In this document: positions 10,632 through 20,021 of the stretch, in pieces | Numbering within the stretch: the first letter of the stretch is position 1 | Layout of the letters: the number at the start of each line of letters is the position of its first letter | Assembly (NCBI GenBank): GCA_910589305.1 | Contig: CAJUTV010000004.1 | Coordinates: 136,299 to 200,298 of the forward strand | DNA from: an uncultured Lachnospira sp. | GTDB lineage: Bacteria > Bacillota > Clostridia > Lachnospirales > Lachnospiraceae | DNA length: 64,000 nt | Direction: 5' to 3' | Notes under the pieces: generated by a model | What the model was told of the DNA's origin: nothing | The model's input: the letters and a program-made list of their open reading frames with translations, nothing else | The model's database searches: none | Position numbers and translations under genes: made by a program

Positions 10632-11417
10632 ATGAAAAGAATAAATATTTCAGCTATAACAGGTTTTATGTGCTGCTTTGGAATGATTATTATTGGTATT
10701 GCCACAAATGGCGGGTTGAAAACGATATTGAATTTTATTCATATACCGTCTATGATAGTAACGTTTGGAGGAGCATTATGTGCCGTTATGATAACGTCTA
10801 GTTCTTTTAAGGATTATATACAGGCACTTACAAGTATAAAGAAAGCATTTTCCAGCAATAATACAAGCCTAGATGAGATTGGAGAACAGATTTATGAGTT
10901 GTCTAATATTGCAAGAAAAGAAGGATTGTTAGCTTTAGATGAGCAGATGCAAAATTTGGATAATAAATTTATGGAAAAGGGCATTCGGATGACGGTTGAC
11001 GGCACAACGCCAGAATTGGTAAAGGATATTTTAGAGACCGATTTAATGAATCATGTGGAAGATAACAAAAGGCATATCCAGTTTTGGGAAAGCTTGGGTG
11101 CATATGCACCTGCATGGGGAATGGTTGGAACACTGTTAGGATTAATTAATATGATGAAGTCAATGGGTACAAATCCTGATTCCATAGGAGATGGTATGTC
11201 GCTGGCTTTGATTACAACATTATATGGTTCGATACTTGCCAATTGGATATGTATTCCAATTGCTGCAAAATTAAGAAAGAACAGTTTAGAGGAAGAGATG
11301 CAGATGGCATTGATTATTGAAGGGGTATTGTCTATACAGGCAGGAGAGAATCCTATGGTAATTAAAGAAAAGATTAGAGCTTTTAGAAATGATTGGGAAG
11401 AAAGTCAAGCGGCATAA
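10632..11417 (+). CDS. motA: MotA/PomA family stator A subunit (no adjacent motB)
   Basis: FIHIPSMIVTFGG, ARKEGLLALD, APAWGMVGTLLGLI, ALITTLYG, EGVLSIQAGENP. Confidence 0.85.
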   Translation: MKRINISAITGFMCCFGMIIIGIATNGGLKTILNFIHIPSMIVTFGGALCAVMITSSSFKDYIQALTSIKKAFSSNNTSLDEIGEQIYELSNIARKEGLLALDEQMQNLDNKFMEKGIRMTVDGTTPELVKDILETDLMNHVEDNKRHIQFWESLGAYAPAWGMVGTLLGLINMMKSMGTNPDSIGDGMSLALITTLYGSILANWICIPIAAKLRKNSLEEEMQMALIIEGVLSIQAGENPMVIKEKIRAFRNDWEESQAA

Positions 11418-11553
11418 AAAGGTCATCGTGTGAACAATAAATTTTTATATGCAAATTTATATTTATTCTCAAACTTGCAGATTGAGTAAGAATGCGAGAT
11501 ATTATATAAAAATAAAAAACATATTAAAACAATACAATACAGTTATCAATGAA

Positions 11554-11831
11554 GGGTAGTATAGCAATATACTACCTATTTTTATGTAAGGTAGTATATA
11601 CAATATAATGGTAGTGTGTTATATTTTGAGATGTTAAGAAGTTATAACTTTTACATAAAATAATTGTGAATAGTATACGTAGGCGTTGAAGTAGAGATTT
11701 CCTTGATAAGGTTAAAGTGTAACAAATACCGTTTGATAGGATAATGGAAATTATTTTTGCAAATTTCTATTATTTCTATTGTATGGTTTGTACTACATAA
11801 AAAATATACTACGTAAAAATTTATACTACGT
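11554..11831. promoter_or_regulatory. Cluster of GTAGTATA/TATACTAC boxes
   Basis: Inverted pair ggtagtata-gcaa-tatactacc (11555-11576), copies at 11589 and 11609, and tactac repeats at 11789, 11805 and 11822. Confidence 0.6.
11681..11715 (-). repeat. 5' remnant of TTAAC element
   Basis: Reverse complement ttaaccttatcaaggaaatctctacttcaacgc matches the element start. Confidence 0.7.
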
Positions 11832-11848
11832 ATAAATGGAGGATTGAT

Positions 11849-12409
11849 ATGTGGAAAATTAAGATAGAAAAAATAAAAACAGAAAAGACAGAAAAGCGTG
11901 AAAAAATGGATATAGGCAAGGTACTATTAATTGAAATGTTAGTTATTATTGCAGGGTTAATGTATACTGTAATGGTAACAGGAGGAGCAAATGATATCGT
12001 AATGTTAATTGATATGCCTTCTCTATTTTTAATAATACTTTTTTGTGTACCAGTGCTTATTATATCAGGATTATGGAAAGATTTTGTAAAAGCGTTTTCA
12101 GTCAGCAAACAAAAATATTCAATCGCTCAGCTAAGAAGATGTCTGGAAGCCGTTTTAGTAACACAGAAATTAGTGTTAATCAGCAGTTTTTTTACCGCAT
12201 TTATTTCAATTATTACATTATTGAAAAAACTTGTCGAACCTGAATTTTTGGGACCCAATCTTGCCGTGGTATGTCTTTCTGGTCTTTATGCAGTTATTGT
12301 TGAATTTTTATTATTGCCTTTAAAAACGAATGTTCAAGTGACATTGATTCATGAGATGGAAATAAGTAATGAAGAAGATGAAACGGAAACAGGCAATGAA
12401 GAAAAATAA
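11849..12409 (+). CDS. MotA-like membrane protein lacking the cytoplasmic domain
   Basis: LIDMPSL (cf. MotA FIHIPS) and LKKLVEPEFLGPNLAVVCLSGLYA (cf. MotA TM3-TM4) separated by only a short linker. Confidence 0.6.
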   Translation: MWKIKIEKIKTEKTEKREKMDIGKVLLIEMLVIIAGLMYTVMVTGGANDIVMLIDMPSLFLIILFCVPVLIISGLWKDFVKAFSVSKQKYSIAQLRRCLEAVLVTQKLVLISSFFTAFISIITLLKKLVEPEFLGPNLAVVCLSGLYAVIVEFLLLPLKTNVQVTLIHEMEISNEEDETETGNEEK

Positions 12410-12941
12410 ACGTATATTTTATTTACTGATTGTTCTTTATAGTGTGCTTTTTATATTTACATTTATTATGCAATGGATTAGTGTGCGAAATCCTAACTTG
12501 CGGTGGATTATTAATGGCAGCACACTACTATTAGGGTTGATTGCAGGAACTCTTTTTTATTTGTTGTATCAAATTAATCATAAAAAAAATATAGATATAG
12601 AAAATAATACAAATGAAAAAGATAATAAACAAGATGTTGTTATACCACAAGACAGTATGATAGAAGAGAATATAACGGAAAGTAGTATAGTACAAGAACA
12701 AGAAGAAGTACCATCAAAAGAGATTTATATCAAGTTTGCTGATGCGTATATATTGACAAAAAGAGAAACTCAAATAGGGTATCTGGTATTTAGTGGATAC
12801 ACCAATCAGCAGATTGCAGAAGAATTGTATATATCTGAAACGACTGTAAAAAAACATTTGACACATATATATGAAAAGACACAAGTAAGCGGAAGAAAGG
12901 AATTGAACAGTAAAATAAAAAATTATGAGAAAGACAGCTAA
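12396..12941 (+). CDS. Membrane-anchored LuxR-type HTH regulator
   Basis: Two N-terminal TM helices; LTKRETQI..GYTNQQIAEELYISETTVKKHLTHIYEK. Confidence 0.88.
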   Translation: MKKNKRIFYLLIVLYSVLFIFTFIMQWISVRNPNLRWIINGSTLLLGLIAGTLFYLLYQINHKKNIDIENNTNEKDNKQDVVIPQDSMIEENITESSIVQEQEEVPSKEIYIKFADAYILTKRETQIGYLVFSGYTNQQIAEELYISETTVKKHLTHIYEKTQVSGRKELNSKIKNYEKDS

Positions 12942-13264
12942 CATGGTTTTATTAAAAAAATTTTATTTTAGTATGTGTGCATGTGTTTGACATAAAAATA
13001 AGAGGAATAAAAAAGAAAAGAAGATAAAACTATGGAAGAAGCAAAAGAGTGTGTGAAAAAAGAGCAAAGAAAGCAATAATAAATGGTTATGGTCACACCA
13101 ATAATAAATGTTTACAGTCACATAGAAGTAATTTCAGATTAGGCGGTATAGCTCCAATTACAAGGGCTGTACCGTTTTTTAAAATTTCTATGCGTCTTAC
13201 CTTTTTGGTTGCATGTCAGAAAGGAAATGGATTTCACATGGGAAGCCATTAGCAAAAGATGCCT

Positions 13265-13295
13265 TTGACTTTACCCCTACGGCAATGTGTATACT
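13265..13295 (+). promoter_or_regulatory. MerR-type promoter with 19-bp spacer
   Basis: TTGACT-19 bp-TATACT with a decayed dyad in the spacer, directly upstream of the merR fragment. Confidence 0.7.
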
Positions 13296-13322
13296 TTAAG
13301 AAAGAAAAGGTGGTGATTATCT

Positions 13323-13575
13323 ATGCTGTCGATTGGTGAGTTTTCAAAAATATGCAAAGTGTCTACCAAAACGCTTAGATACTACGCTGAAATAGGGCTT
13401 ATTCTGCCAAGTGAAATCGACCCGAAAAATGGATATAGGTACTATGCGATTGAGCAGTTGGAAACTAGTTAATCCTAAAGACAGAATAGTGGTTGCTGTT
13501 TCCTCTCTATTTGTTCCAAGTGTTAAAGACAGAGTAGATTTCATAAAAAAAGAAATTGAACCTCTGTTTAAGTAA
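13323..13575 (+). pseudogene. merR-family 5' fragment joined to the 3' tip of another gene (deletion scar)
   Basis: MLSIGEFSKICKVSTKTLRYYAEIGLILP..GYRYY stops after 49 codons (TAA 13470); a different frame then reads VNPKDRIVVAVSSLFVPSVKDRVDFIKKEIEPLFK-stop. Confidence 0.8.
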
Positions 13576-13660
13576 AGCAAAGTATATGTCAGCCAAACAA
13601 CTGCAGGCGGTAAATAAAAAACGGTTGTTGGCGTTATTGATAGGTTATTGTAAATACGTA

Positions 13661-13691
13661 CTTATTTCAGTGGGAGTATAAGCTCCCACTG
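13661..13691 (+). repeat. Isolated internal hairpin of TTAAC element
   Basis: tttcagtgggagtataagctcccactg is identical to the hairpin at about 3509-3535. Confidence 0.8.
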
Positions 13692-13798
13692 GTTTGTTTC
13701 AGACAGATTTAGAAATATTTTGATTTCCAGATTGCTAAAAACAGTATATAATGATATTGATTGATACAAATAAGAAAAAGGAATTGAGGTGACAGCGT

Positions 13799-14506
13799 AT
13801 GCCAAAGTTTTGGGGGTATGTTTCAAATGAAGAATATGCCATAGGTTGTACAAGTACAACCGTATATGTCTATGACAAAGAAGGAAAAGAATTAGCACAA
13901 ATGAAGAATATAAAATATGGATATACAATTCGATTAAGCCCAAAGAAAAATTGTTTTGTTGTGAAGTCCACAGGCGCCTGTTTTGGTGTATATTCATTAG
14001 ATACATTAAGTTTGTTGAAGACAGTGCGATACTCCCATGTGGATGGCGGTCAAGATGATGGATATTGCTTTTCAATAGATGGAAACTATTTTTATAATAT
14101 TGAACGGCAGAGAAAATCGACCAATCATGCTATTTCTATATATGATGCCTCAAATTTTAAACGTATAAAAATGTTTTTAGAAGAAGATAAACAAACAGAG
14201 CCTTGCTATATTGAGATGGATACGGATGGGCAGCTTTATGTACTGGGATTTCTTCGCAATGAAAATGGTATTATAGACAGCGGCTTTATTTCTAAAATGG
14301 GGGATACGGGTCTTGAAGCGTTATATACGATTCCTGTTTCAGAATATGAGGAGTATGTTTCACTTAAAAGTTTTGAATTATTTGGTTTTACAGACAAAAA
14401 GAAAGAACTGTTTTCGTGGGAGTATCCTGATGTAGATACAAGTAAGATAGAAAATACAATATTTACGTTAGCTCAGTTATGGGAACAATATCAGTCTGCA
14501 AGTTGA
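13799..14506 (+). CDS. Hypothetical protein, probable beta-propeller-like repeats
   Basis: 235-aa ORF with RBS; LSPKKNCFVV, FSIDGNYFY and SIYDAS strand repeats. Confidence 0.55.
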   Translation: MPKFWGYVSNEEYAIGCTSTTVYVYDKEGKELAQMKNIKYGYTIRLSPKKNCFVVKSTGACFGVYSLDTLSLLKTVRYSHVDGGQDDGYCFSIDGNYFYNIERQRKSTNHAISIYDASNFKRIKMFLEEDKQTEPCYIEMDTDGQLYVLGFLRNENGIIDSGFISKMGDTGLEALYTIPVSEYEEYVSLKSFELFGFTDKKKELFSWEYPDVDTSKIENTIFTLAQLWEQYQSAS

Positions 14507-14535
14507 AGAAAAGCAGCACAGAAAAGGAGGATAGC

Positions 14536-14760
14536 ATGAAAAATACAAAAATTTGTCCAAAATGCAATGGTTCAGATATTCTTATAGTAGACGGGTATGC
14601 AGGTGCGTATGGTTCTGGAAATAATATTATGACAGGAGCAACGATTTTTTCTGCCGTAAAGGTCAATCGTTATGTTTGTTGTTCTTGTGGATATACAGAA
14701 GAATGGATTAATAAGGAAGATATTGAAAAAGTTAAACGCTCAAAGAAGGCACATTATTAA
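14536..14760 (+). CDS. Small zinc-ribbon protein
   Basis: CPKC...CCSCGYTE; strong GGAGG RBS. Confidence 0.75.
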   Translation: MKNTKICPKCNGSDILIVDGYAGAYGSGNNIMTGATIFSAVKVNRYVCCSCGYTEEWINKEDIEKVKRSKKAHY

Positions 14761-14981
14761 TTTTGAATTGATTGTTGCAAGTAATAAGTTGAGTGTTATT
14801 TATATTTGTATAAACATTTGACTGGAGACTTTTTGTTGTTTGCTGGTAAAATACAGCCCTTGTTTTTACAATTAATATTTTATATAATAAAAGCAATGTA
14901 GTTTGATGAGATGCCACATATTTCGTGGCTGTTCTGTCAATTGTGCAGACAAATAAAAGCGGCACAGAAAAGAGGATTATT

Positions 14982-16445
14982 ATGTTAACAAATGACGCTA
15001 CAATTATGAAAATTAAGCATGAAGTGAATTGTGAAGTGGCAAAGCTTGTCTATGAAGGAACGTTTGAGGAGAAAAAAGATGAGATACCATTTAAGATGAT
15101 ACCAGGTCTTAAACCAAAGTTTCGCTGTTGTGTATATAAAGAAAGAGAGATTATAAGACAGAGAGTAAGACTGGCAGAGGGATTAAATCCCAATGATAAT
15201 AGACATGAAGATTCAAAAAATATAATTCAAGTTATTGGTTCAGCATGTGCAGACTGTCCATTGTCGCATTATCTTGTTACAGATAACTGCAGAAAATGTA
15301 TGGCAAAAGCATGTCAGCAGTCCTGTAAATTTGGAGCCATAACAATGGGGCGTGACAGAGCTTATATTGACCCTGATAAATGCAAAGAGTGCGGTATGTG
15401 TGCAAAGGCTTGCCCATATAATGCGATTGCAGACCTTATTCGACCTTGTAAAAAAGCTTGTCCAGTCAATGCAATTACAATGGACGAGGAAGGGATTTGC
15501 GTTATTGATGATGAAAAATGTATACGCTGCGGAAAGTGTATACATAGGTGCCCATTTGGCGCTATCGGTTCAAAAACAGATATTGTTGATGTTATCAATG
15601 CTATTAAATCAGACAAGACCGTTGTTGCCATGTTTGCTCCGGCAGTGGAGGGACAATTTGGCGCTGATATTACGATGAGCAGTATTAGAAGTGCATGTAA
15701 AAAATTAGGTTTTGACGATATGATTGAGGTTGGACTTGGCGGCGATATGACGGCTGCTGCGGAAGCAGATGAATGGGTTGAGGCATATGAGTTTGAAAAG
15801 AAAAAAACAACGTCTTGCTGTCCAGCATTTGTCAATATGATTCGTCAGCATTTTCCAGAACTTTCAGAGGATATCTCAACAACCGTATCGCCTATGTGTG
15901 CCGTTTCGAGGATGGTTAAAGCAGGTAATCCAGAAGCGATTACCGTATTTGTAGGACCTTGCATAGCAAAAAAAGATGAAGCAAAAAGAAATCCTGTAAG
16001 GGGAAATGCAGACTATGTTCTTACAATTGGTGAATTTCGTTCCATGATGAGGGCAAAAGGTGTAAAATTTGAACCAGATAGTGATAATGTTCAGCAGGCG
16101 AGTGTTTTTGGCAAGCGTTTTGGCAATGGTGGAGGCGTTACAAACGCTGTGCTTAAAAGTATAGAAGAAGCAGGACTTGACCCATCACAATATAAAGTTG
16201 AGAAATGTGCGGGAGCGGATGCATGTAAAAAAGCATTATTAATGTTGCGGGCAAAGAAGTTAAATGCCGATTTTATAGAAGGAATGATGTGTGAGGGCGG
16301 CTGCGTAGGCGGTCCAAGTCAGCATAAGACAGAAGCGGCATTTAAGAAAGACCGTGATAAAATGATTAGCGAGGCAGACGAGCGCGGTGTTCGTGAAAAT
16401 CTTGAAAATTATCCGATGGATTCATTTAGTATGTATAAAAAATAG
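14982..16445 (+). CDS. Monomeric [FeFe]-hydrogenase, group B-like, with multiple 4Fe-4S ferredoxin motifs
   Basis: H-cluster motifs TTSCCPAF, GPCIAKKDE and EGMMCEGGCVGGP; several CxxCxxCxxxCP. Confidence 0.9.
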   Translation: MLTNDATIMKIKHEVNCEVAKLVYEGTFEEKKDEIPFKMIPGLKPKFRCCVYKEREIIRQRVRLAEGLNPNDNRHEDSKNIIQVIGSACADCPLSHYLVTDNCRKCMAKACQQSCKFGAITMGRDRAYIDPDKCKECGMCAKACPYNAIADLIRPCKKACPVNAITMDEEGICVIDDEKCIRCGKCIHRCPFGAIGSKTDIVDVINAIKSDKTVVAMFAPAVEGQFGADITMSSIRSACKKLGFDDMIEVGLGGDMTAAAEADEWVEAYEFEKKKTTSCCPAFVNMIRQHFPELSEDISTTVSPMCAVSRMVKAGNPEAITVFVGPCIAKKDEAKRNPVRGNADYVLTIGEFRSMMRAKGVKFEPDSDNVQQASVFGKRFGNGGGVTNAVLKSIEEAGLDPSQYKVEKCAGADACKKALLMLRAKKLNADFIEGMMCEGGCVGGPSQHKTEAAFKKDRDKMISEADERGVRENLENYPMDSFSMYKK

Positions 16446-16560
16446 TAACCATTTATTTTAGTTCTTTGTGCAAAAGATGGCTGTGCATAAAAGGCTGCTT
16501 ACAGCTTTGCAAAAATTTGAGCCATTAGCTGCTTCTAAAATCGCAGCCTGGAGGTAAATT

Positions 16561-17124
16561 ATGAAATTTAATAAGATAGAGAAAGTTCATAAAGGAAGAT
16601 TTATTGATCGATATGATATTACATATACAACGGTTGATAATCAAAAGAAAGTATATGAGATTATCAGCCGCAACAAAAATATAACAACTGCAGAGGAGAT
16701 AAAAAATCCAAATACAGATGGTGTTGTTATTGTTATGACTGATGAGGCAAACGAGAAAATTCTTTTAAATAAGGAATTTCGGTTGTCGGTAAATGATTAT
16801 GTCTATAATTTTCCAGCAGGGCTGATTGATTTGGGTGAGACGCCGGAAGCGGCAGCAGCAAGAGAGTTAAAAGAAGAGACAGGACTTGATATTGTAAGGA
16901 TAGAAGATAAGTTATATGACAGTTACAGTGCAATCGGATTTTCTAATGAGACCAATGCTGTTATTGTTGGTGTTGCAAAAGGTGAATTTACGCCAAGCAC
17001 ATCAACGGTTGAGGAGATTGAGGCAAAATGGTATACACGCGACGAGATAAAGGAATTGTTAAAAGATAAACATTTTGCAGCAAGAACACAGGCATATTGT
17101 TATATGTGGTCAAAGGGGCGATAA
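16561..17124 (+). CDS. NUDIX hydrolase (ADP-ribose pyrophosphatase-like)
   Basis: PAGLIDLGETPEAAAARELKEETG Nudix box. Confidence 0.9.
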   Translation: MKFNKIEKVHKGRFIDRYDITYTTVDNQKKVYEIISRNKNITTAEEIKNPNTDGVVIVMTDEANEKILLNKEFRLSVNDYVYNFPAGLIDLGETPEAAAARELKEETGLDIVRIEDKLYDSYSAIGFSNETNAVIVGVAKGEFTPSTSTVEEIEAKWYTRDEIKELLKDKHFAARTQAYCYMWSKGR

Positions 17125-17125
17125 A

Positions 17126-17875
17126 GTGAAAAAAAACAAAATCTATTATATTTTAATGATTGTATGTATCGCCATGATAGTCTGTTTTACAGGCTGTGGA
17201 AAAAAGAATACAACTCAGTATATTCGGTATGAAAAATTAGATGATGGGACATATTGTGTAAAAGAGCTTACAGATGCAGGTAAAGATGCCTCAGAGATTA
17301 CAGTACCATCTGAATATGAGGGAATTAAAGTGACTGCGATAGGGCGTGGAGCTTTTCAGGACAGCCATAATCTTAAAACAGTCCATATTGCAGACAGTGT
17401 TACAAGTATCCTTGAAAATGCTTTTCTTCATTGCAGCGGGTTAGAACATGTTAATTTGTCAGAGGACACCATTGAAGTGATAGGAGCAAATGCGTTTGAG
17501 GGAACAAAGTGGCAGAGCAATATTTTAGCAGATAAAGGTATTGTAATAGTAGGAAGTATATATGTCAATGGAAAACAGGTAAGTGGAGAATATACCATTC
17601 CAGATAATGTTAAGATTATTGCAGCAGAGGCATTTAAAGACAATAAAAATATAACAAAAATTGTTATTCCAGAAGGTGTTAAAACGCTTGGCGTATATAG
17701 TTTTTCTTCCTGTGAAAATCTTGAGAGTGTCGATATTCCAGAGTCGTTGGAAAAAATAGGATATGGTGCATTTAGTTATTGTAGCAATTTATCAATTGTT
17801 ATTCCAAAGACCGTTAAAAATGTTGATAATGATGCTTTTTTAGATATTAAAGAGCTCGAATATCAGGAGGGTTGA
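17126..17875 (+). CDS. BspA-type leucine-rich repeat lipoprotein
   Basis: Lipobox FTGC; repeated IxxxAFxxCxxL units; GTG start. Confidence 0.82.
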   Translation: MKKNKIYYILMIVCIAMIVCFTGCGKKNTTQYIRYEKLDDGTYCVKELTDAGKDASEITVPSEYEGIKVTAIGRGAFQDSHNLKTVHIADSVTSILENAFLHCSGLEHVNLSEDTIEVIGANAFEGTKWQSNILADKGIVIVGSIYVNGKQVSGEYTIPDNVKIIAAEAFKDNKNITKIVIPEGVKTLGVYSFSSCENLESVDIPESLEKIGYGAFSYCSNLSIVIPKTVKNVDNDAFLDIKELEYQEG

Positions 17876-17877
17876 TT

Positions 17878-18849
17878 ATGATTGTTGAAAAAAATCATTC
17901 AAAGACAGATTCATCTACATTGACTTTTTTATCGACGAGCAAACGGTGTAAAATACATGCTTGTATATGGCATCCAGATAAAACAAAGTATGCAAAGCCA
18001 ATAGGGATTATTCAAATAGCACATGGTATGGTAGACCATATTGAACGGTTTGAGGATATGGCACTATATTTTACAAAAAGAGGTTTTTTAGTTGTCGGCA
18101 ACGACCATCTTGGACATGGCGATTCTATTGCAAGTAAGGATGATTGGGGGTATTTTGCTGACCATAAGGATTGTGGAACATATCTTGTCAAAGATATGCA
18201 CAAACTTACCAAGATAATAAAAAAGGAATATCCTAATTTGCCATACGTTCTTATTGGACATAGCATGGGCTCTTTTTTGACAAGAAAATATATGATGATG
18301 TATAAAGATGAACTAGATGCATGTGTTGTGTTAGGAACAGGCAATCAGCGTTTAATCATAGTTGAGGCAGGCAGACTGCTGGTTCATATAACAAAATATT
18401 TGAAAGGAGATAAATATAGAAGCCCTATTTTAAAAAAGTTAATGTTTGCTAATTACAATAAATATATAAAAGATTGTAAAAGTGAAAATGCGTGGCTTAC
18501 AAGAGATGATGAGATTGTAAAGAAATATGACCATGATGAAAAATGTTCATTTATGTTTACTGTCAATGCCTATGAAGGCATGTTAAAAGTAATACGATTT
18601 GTAATACGCGACGCCAATATTAGGCACACTCCGCGTTATTTGCCAGTATTGTTTGCGGCAGGAATGGCAGACCCAGTAGGAGAGTATGGCAAAGCGGTCA
18701 AAAGAATTTATCGCAAATACGCAAGATGGCTTGATGATGCACAGTTAAAGTTATATGATGATTGCAGACATGAGCTTCACAGTGAAATTGGCAGAGAACA
18801 CATATTTGAAGATATTTATTTATGGATACTAAGAAAGATAAATATTTAA
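17878..18849 (+). CDS. Alpha/beta hydrolase (lysophospholipase-like)
   Basis: HGMVDH, DHLGHG, GHSMGS nucleophile, DPVG, RHE. Confidence 0.9.
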   Translation: MIVEKNHSKTDSSTLTFLSTSKRCKIHACIWHPDKTKYAKPIGIIQIAHGMVDHIERFEDMALYFTKRGFLVVGNDHLGHGDSIASKDDWGYFADHKDCGTYLVKDMHKLTKIIKKEYPNLPYVLIGHSMGSFLTRKYMMMYKDELDACVVLGTGNQRLIIVEAGRLLVHITKYLKGDKYRSPILKKLMFANYNKYIKDCKSENAWLTRDDEIVKKYDHDEKCSFMFTVNAYEGMLKVIRFVIRDANIRHTPRYLPVLFAAGMADPVGEYGKAVKRIYRKYARWLDDAQLKLYDDCRHELHSEIGREHIFEDIYLWILRKINI

Positions 18850-18980
18850 CCTCATCAAGGAAGTCCCCACTTCAATGCTGCAAAGGCATAAGTGAGGACT
18901 TGCGTTACGATAGTAGCTATGAGGTTAGGGTGTCAAACACCCAAGCAAGTAGCGTAGCGGATTGCGAATATGCGCTTAAC
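18846..18980 (+). mobile_element. Near-complete TTAAC-bounded hairpin element
   Basis: ttaacctcatcaaggaagtccccacttcaatgctgcaaaggcataagtg...gcggattgcgaatatgcgcttaac; carries gggtgtcaaacaccc insert. Confidence 0.8.
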
Positions 18981-19000
18981 TAAATATATTTTATAAAAAT

Positions 19001-19031
19001 AAAACTGCTGCAATTTTTGCAGCAGTTTTTT
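19001..19031. terminator. Bidirectional intrinsic terminator
   Basis: aaaactgctgcaa-ttt-ttgcagcagtttt between convergent genes. Confidence 0.75.
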
Positions 19032-19130
19032 ATATACACAGACGTCTAAATGAAATATGTCAGCAATCGAACGGACGTCTGGCACGCGAGTAGAGGAAGA
19101 CAAATTTTTCTGCTCGATTATAAATGGTAC

Positions 19131-20021
19131 TTATTTACCTTGTTTTATGCAAAATGCAAAATAACCATTTCGTTTTGTATTAAACAGTAAGCTGTAAGAA
19201 GGATATTGTTTCTCAAAGGATTTGGTGAGCTGTTCAAATGTCATAATATCAATCTTTTCTAGTTGATAGGTTTCATTAAGAACAAAGTGTTTTCCAACAC
19301 ATTCCATCAGTTTTTGAGAGAGCATTTTAAATGTATACATAACCGTTTTATCAACTTTCGTTATTTGTTTGTCAAGCATTCCGCTGAGTATATTAAGAAT
19401 CATTTGCTGCTCATAAATCATATAAATTTGTATGGGTTCTTTTTTTAAATTATAATAAAGCAGCCGATAGCAAAGTTGACTTCCAGCAGAAAAATCTTCT
19501 CCGCTGTAATGGTCGCTCATAAGCTGTGCCTTTATTCGGAACAATTTTTCTAATGTTTGAGAAATTGCTTTTTGAAGGGAATCAATTTCATTTTCTGAAG
19601 CTTGATGTACCCATTTTTTAGAGACACGTCCAGTAAGGGAATAGTCTTCAATCAAAATATGTCCATTGAGCCAGCCAATACAAATTCCAAGAAAATGCTG
19701 TACAGACTCCACAGAGTAATTATGAGCTTCTAATTCTTCCTCAAGAGCAGGAATGGTCTTATCGCGCATATTGTCGTGCAAACGTTTATGTATATCATAA
19801 TCGCCATAATGAATAGACTGCATATAAGCTTCTTCTTCAGCAAAATGTTTTATTGCATAGCTCTTAAAATACTTGATGCCCTCCCGACAGGCATGTTGTT
19901 GTTTTGCTGTATCTTCATTGAGATTTAATAGTTTAGAAACAATTGAAAAGAGTCGTTGATGTGCCTTGTCAATATCATTTACACCAATATTAAACCAATC
20001 ATTCCATTTTAATTCATTCAA
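19131..20021 (-). CDS. Bacteriohemerythrin domain protein with C-terminal CheC/CheX-like region
   Basis: IDKAHQRLF, KHFAEEE, HKRLH and WLNGHILIED iron ligands; TTG start after GGGGAG. Confidence 0.8.
   Translation of the reverse strand: MNELKWNDWFNIGVNDIDKAHQRLFSIVSKLLNLNEDTAKQQHACREGIKYFKSYAIKHFAEEEAYMQSIHYGDYDIHKRLHDNMRDKTIPALEEELEAHNYSVESVQHFLGICIGWLNGHILIEDYSLTGRVSKKWVHQASENEIDSLQKAISQTLEKLFRIKAQLMSDHYSGEDFSAGSQLCYRLLYYNLKKEPIQIYMIYEQQMILNILSGMLDKQITKVDKTVMYTFKMLSQKLMECVGKHFVLNETYQLEKIDIMTFEQLTKSFEKQYPSYSLLFNTKRNGYFAFCIKQGK

Noticed and set aside
10632..12409. Zorya (ZorA/ZorB) defence system
   Set aside because: The MotA is flagellar-type, has no long ZorA tail, and no ZorB/OmpA-domain or ZorC/D/E genes are present
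13032..13268. Short ORFs between luxR and the merR fragment
   Set aside because: Possibly a gene remnant, but no recognisable family or consistent frame
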